Made by a program: the position numbers and the translations under genes. Under the pieces are notes generated by a model that worked only from the letters and a program-made list of their open reading frames with translations, did not search any database and was not told the origin of the DNA. 64,000 nt of DNA from Curvularia clavata. Its lineage: Eukaryota. Shown one piece after another: positions 59,420 through 64,000 of this stretch (positions within the stretch are counted from its first letter, which is position 1; every line of letters starts with the position of its first letter). Location: contig CP089274.1 in the NCBI GenBank assembly GCA_023920165.1, positions 1,116,001 through 1,180,000 of the forward strand, read 5' to 3'.

Positions 59420-61047
59420 GGGGATCCGAAAGAAAAAAAGGTCTCAGAAACAGCAGAGGTTGGGCGACAACAAGAACCGCAAGTACAGACTTAAGGAAAA
59501 TTGACGCGAAGGAATGGCGCTGACCAAAAAATGCGCAGCAAGGAAATCTGAAGGTTCAAAGCATGAAATGAATGTGCGTTGGCATGCGCGCACAATTGAT
59601 GAACGTGATGTGGAAAGTCGGTGTCGTGAAGAAAGACAGAAGACCAGGTCCCAAGTCCCATCCGAGATGATCCACGCCTCGTGGCACGTTAGCTCAAAAC
59701 CAACAACAGTCGCTGGGGATGCGCAAGAAAACAAGCGACATGCCGACATACCCAAGAGAGATCAAATGACGTCAATCGGCATTCCAGTTGAGTTGATTTG
59801 CAGCAGGCATGCCAAAGTGGAGGAGGGAGTGGAATTGGAATGGAGAGAAGGGTCCGCGTACAAGGGAAAAGGCAATGCGCTAAGAACAACCTCCAATTTC
59901 AGCTCGGCCACCTATCGAATCCAGGCATACCTTCGCCTCCGGGTCCACTCTTCAGGAGTAGACACTGCAAACACAGGATACCGTGTTTGCGTCCTTTGAT
60001 GAGGTGACTTTTCGAGCGTGACTGACCTAGAGTTGTATTCCAACTGCGTTGTAGTAAACGATACACGACTCCTTAACATGGATGCATGCATCCACCACGT
60101 CTCACTTCATTGGATTCTAGAACGTCTTGTGCCTCCTCCATCTACGTACTCTGTCACGTCTACAAAGCGTAGCATTTTTGACTTTGACTTGACCTTGGTG
60201 TCCACGGCAGTCATCACGTTCACGTTCACGTTCACACTCGCCTAGTATTCATTTTTTTCGATTTTCCTTTTTCGTTTTGATGCGCTGCGACTTATTTCTT
60301 GCTATCATCGTGGTCACGGCAATAATCGACATTGATACAGCAAGAAGGCATGAAGTGTAATCCAAAAAGATATCATCGAGCTCGTAGAAGCACAGTAACC
60401 ACAACACACGCTTGAATTGTCGACATGTCAACAAGTCAAACGCTGCAAACACGTGCACGACTACCTTCCAATATGTGGCCCGATGGTGCTTCTCAGTGCG
60501 TTTGTGTTGTCCACAGCAAGGGAAACACTTGTGATTGCGGTTTCAAAAGTCACGCTCGACACAGCACTAAAGTCCCAGTTTTTGTATATTTCCATTGAGT
60601 GTTCTAAGACACACTCCGATGTAATCAAAATAGCTATACGCAAAACAAGCAATAAAGGGGAAACCTCAGCGCAAAATGCAAGCATGGGTATACGGACACA
60701 CGAGTCTCCCCTCCGTTTCTCCCAGTCTAGTAAGACAGTAACCCGCTGGACTAGCATAAAGAAGTCGGTCAGCTTTGGGCGATAAAAAAGGACGAAAAGC
60801 AAACGCCCAGACTTGTTGATAGTACCCCAGAAACGACATAACCCATGATAGAGCCTCAGACCTGTTTTCAGAAAACAGCAAGAACAGAACTTTCTCGGTC
60901 GATTAAAATACTGATTGCGAATTAAAAAAAAAGAGGAACTCTCGTCGATTAGAGTCGACACCGCATCGTGAGAGGCGTGAGAGATAGCTGTCCGGACGGG
61001 ACCGGCTATTGTGTCAAACAGGCAAGGTGCATAGAGGATCGTTTCAC

Positions 61048-64000
61048 CTAGAATGATTCAGGTGGACTCGGCATACCATGTGCGCTGCCGTCTTCCTTTT
61101 CCGGCTCTTGCAGATTATGGTTGTCTCTCTGCACTGGCTCAAGTTTGAGTTTGCCAATAGGCTTGCCGATGCCCTTCATGTAGCCACTTTGGTCGTTACC
61201 ATTCTCGTCTTTTTCTTCGTCAAGCTTGCGCTTCTTACGCGCCATCTGTTGTTGCTCTCTGAGCGGACGCTTGCGAGGACTCGAAATCTTGCCAGTCGGC
61301 GGCAAACGAGGCTTGGGGAAGCGTTGTTTGGGTGGCAGATCGTCGTCTTCAACAAGAGGCTGACTGTTGTTGTCGTGGAGCTTGCTGTATAGCCAGCCTT
61401 GGAGAAGACCAATCTGGTGCTCTGCTGTCTGCATGGTGACAGGCTCGAACTTGGGCGGCTCAGGCATGATAACTCCAGTGGTGGCAACGTTGCTGTAAAG
61501 GTTAGCAAAAGTATCGTACAAGTCCACAGTAATACATACCTATTGTCCTGTCTAGCATACGCGTTGTGTACTCTGTTCTGCAGCAGGTGTAATGGCACAC
61601 TGGCAGTAAGCCCAAATTCGACATCAAGGCCAAGTTCCTTGAATCCGAAAAAGTCTTCGCCAATATCTTCAGCAAAGTCACCGCCAACAAACTGCTCGCT
61701 GCCATCGTTGAAAGCACCAGCACCATCAGCACCAGCATTCTCGATTGCTGGTCGCAATAGTTCGGCATAGTATGACCGCATTCTGTCGTGCATGCCAACA
61801 AGCTTCGTTCCAAGTCGTTCGACGTCGTCCTTGACGTAAGCCTCCAAAGACTCCAGGTCGACACCATTGGCATGCAAAGAGTGGAGCACAGCCTCTTCCT
61901 GTGTGAAGCGCGGAGTCCATGTAGTTGTTTGACCATTTGGAAGTGCGATTGGGACGTCAGACTTCATCTTTGGCGTCTCACGGTAAACCCCAAGACTTGC
62001 AACGACATTGTGGAAAAACTTTGCAGCAATGTCCGTCACTGCATCCAGAGCTGAGGGCTGGAACTCCTCGAAGCCAGCGTGATAGAAAATCTTGCCGACG
62101 CTCCGCTGGAGAGCAGCGCGGCAGACATATGGAGCCATGATGGGGCCATCCTCAGAAGTGACCATGGGCTCGATGTCTGCTTCCATGAAAGGCTGCGGCT
62201 CGTACCTTTGAAATTGATTTTGGTAGAGCTATGAACAGTTAGCGGTCGACAAATCCCTTCTTCGAAAACAACAGCTTACCTGCGACTGAAGTTGCATTTG
62301 TTTGACAATACCAATCTTGGCACAAATTTTTCTTGTCTCTTGCAGAGTATGGTTGTTGCTGTTGAATTTTTGCACAAGTGCACTGTCTGGAGAGACGAAT
62401 TGGCCCTTTGGTAGGATCCGCATGTACTCTTCGACTTGCGGAATCACTTGGCCCTCTGCGTCTTCAACCCATTGCAGGCGTTCGGAAAGGTCAGGCACAG
62501 CGCAGACAGGGTCATAGTAATCTGGAATCTGACGCTCATCTTCGCCTTCGATGCCTTCAGCCAGTGACTCTCCAGCTAATGTCTGGACACCATCTTTGCC
62601 GTCAGGCGCGGCGGCTGCTCCGTTAGCAGACTCTTCTTCGATAGCTTGCTTTTTGTGTCGTAACCATCTCCGCATACCAGCTTTAGTACGTAAGATAGCG
62701 GGCTCTTCGGGCTGGAGATGGTCATCCCGGAATAGTCGATGTCTCTCTGATGCTATGATGGCTCGGTCTTTCTTTGTTACTTGCTTCCATGTTTTATATT
62801 CCAAATCATCCAAATCGGCATCTTCGTCCAGAGCATCACTGATCGAGACGCCAGTGCCATCAGCCTCTGAAATGTCTGCTTGGCTGCCGTTTATGCCCAT
62901 TTTTGAGACACTGTGTGGTCCCAATGGAGTTAATGAACCAGGCGGAGGTGTTGAGAAACCATTCACACTGCCTTCCATTTCCGAGTCTGTCCGTAGGAAT
63001 TCGTTCTTCAGATTGGAGACTGCATTGTTGAGAGATGGCACCGGTGGTTTCGTCTCAGGCCCTGGAGTGCTCTCCAGACCTGCTGGATGAGACTTTCTTG
63101 TTGTGCTTGAACCTTTGCCTCCTTTGCTTGGGGCTTTTCTGCCTCGTGAAGCCATGATAGGCTCTTCATCTTCACTGTCGTCAGCACCATCTGCATCAGC
63201 ATCGCCATTACGCATTCTCCTCTCTTCGGCCTCAACCTCGGCACGATCGCGGACTGTGATGTCGGGAATGAGCGGCACAAGCTTCTCTGTCTCCTTCTTC
63301 ATATGCAGAGCCTTCTTCCGTAGAAAGTGGCTTGGGTCTGCGTTGTATTTCAAGCAGTTCGACCAGATGAGCATGAGGTCGTCGACGAACTCCTTTTTTG
63401 ATTTGTATTGCAGCTGCTTGAGCTTCTTCATCATCGTGCCGATGTCCATAGGGTGCTTGATGACGTTGTAGTAGTCGGGCGCTTCTCGCTTATTGACACG
63501 CTGAAGGAATGGATGGGCATGCTCATTAGCCTTGAGTTCCATGAGAACCTTTTCTGTGCTCTCGTATAGCTCCTCCTGGCCGACACGGTCTTCGTTTGCC
63601 CATTTGCTCCTGTTCTTACGGACTTCGCTGATAAGACTTCGTAGTTGTGCGTCCGTCGCATGAACACGATCTCTTTGGGCGTCAATGCGCGAGATGAGGT
63701 GCTTGAGGGTGAGACTAGACGCGCCAAGGTTGGTGGTACTCAAGGTGCCTTGCTGGGGAGTGGTAGCGGCAGCGGCAGCTGGAGCATTAGCAGACGCACC
63801 AGAAGTCTCTGCTTCTACCTGGCGGTCAAGCTCGTCAAGCTTCTGTTGCTCCAGCATCGCGTCCCGGTCGCTCTCCAATGTGTAGAAGAGGGTATGGAAG
63901 CTCCGCTTTGCGGCATCTTCGGCGGCCTTCTTATCCTGCTGCAGCTTCTTTCGCACATCGTCTGATGACTTTATGTGGTCGGAGGAAGGCGTGCCTACCC
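61048..64000 (-). CDS. SPT7: SAGA subunit Spt7 (bromodomain plus histone-fold region), 5'-truncated by the window edge (introns 62229..62279, 61493..61539)
   Basis: [19 protein letters not shown], bromodomain [23 protein letters not shown]...[40 protein letters not shown]. Confidence 0.95.

Noticed and set aside
60079..60094. Perfect 16-bp palindrome TGGATGCATGCATCCA (also a 12-bp one at 27230..27241)
   Set aside because: About one 16-bp palindrome is expected by chance in 64 kb, and there is no supporting context.

Overview
Gene-dense eukaryotic DNA from a filamentous ascomycete, probably Dothideomycetes/Pleosporales (taxon is inference). It has short introns with CTRAC/CTRAY branch points, and no tRNA, rRNA, CRISPR array or intact transposon was recognised. 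About 23 protein-coding genes were reconstructed by hand-splicing: MOG1 (3' part), SPT10, a small hypothetical, a secreted tyrosinase, BCK1 MAPKKK, pyruvate decarboxylase, a secreted PEBP-like protein, ADE12, two Dal5/Tna1-type MFS transporters, BNA6, a GH16 glucanase, a Zn2Cys6 factor, VTS1, YKE2, VPS4, COG5, DHH1, a rhomboid protease, an AT-hook protein and SPT7 (3' part). An accessory-looking block at about 27-35 kb interrupts the housekeeping genes. It holds a small acidic Cys/His protein convergent with a HET-domain gene, a RIP-like AT-rich relic with LTR-like ends, and an F-box gene; this is the best candidate for an undescribed allorecognition/cell-death module. Other notable items are an AT-hook protein built from a repeated basic|SEE-acidic motif with three same-phase introns at the identical motif position, two GC-AG introns (the PDC one has a competing frameshifting GT donor), and a possible RIP-killed pseudogene at about 2.75-3.3 kb. 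All family assignments come from motif recognition, not database searches.
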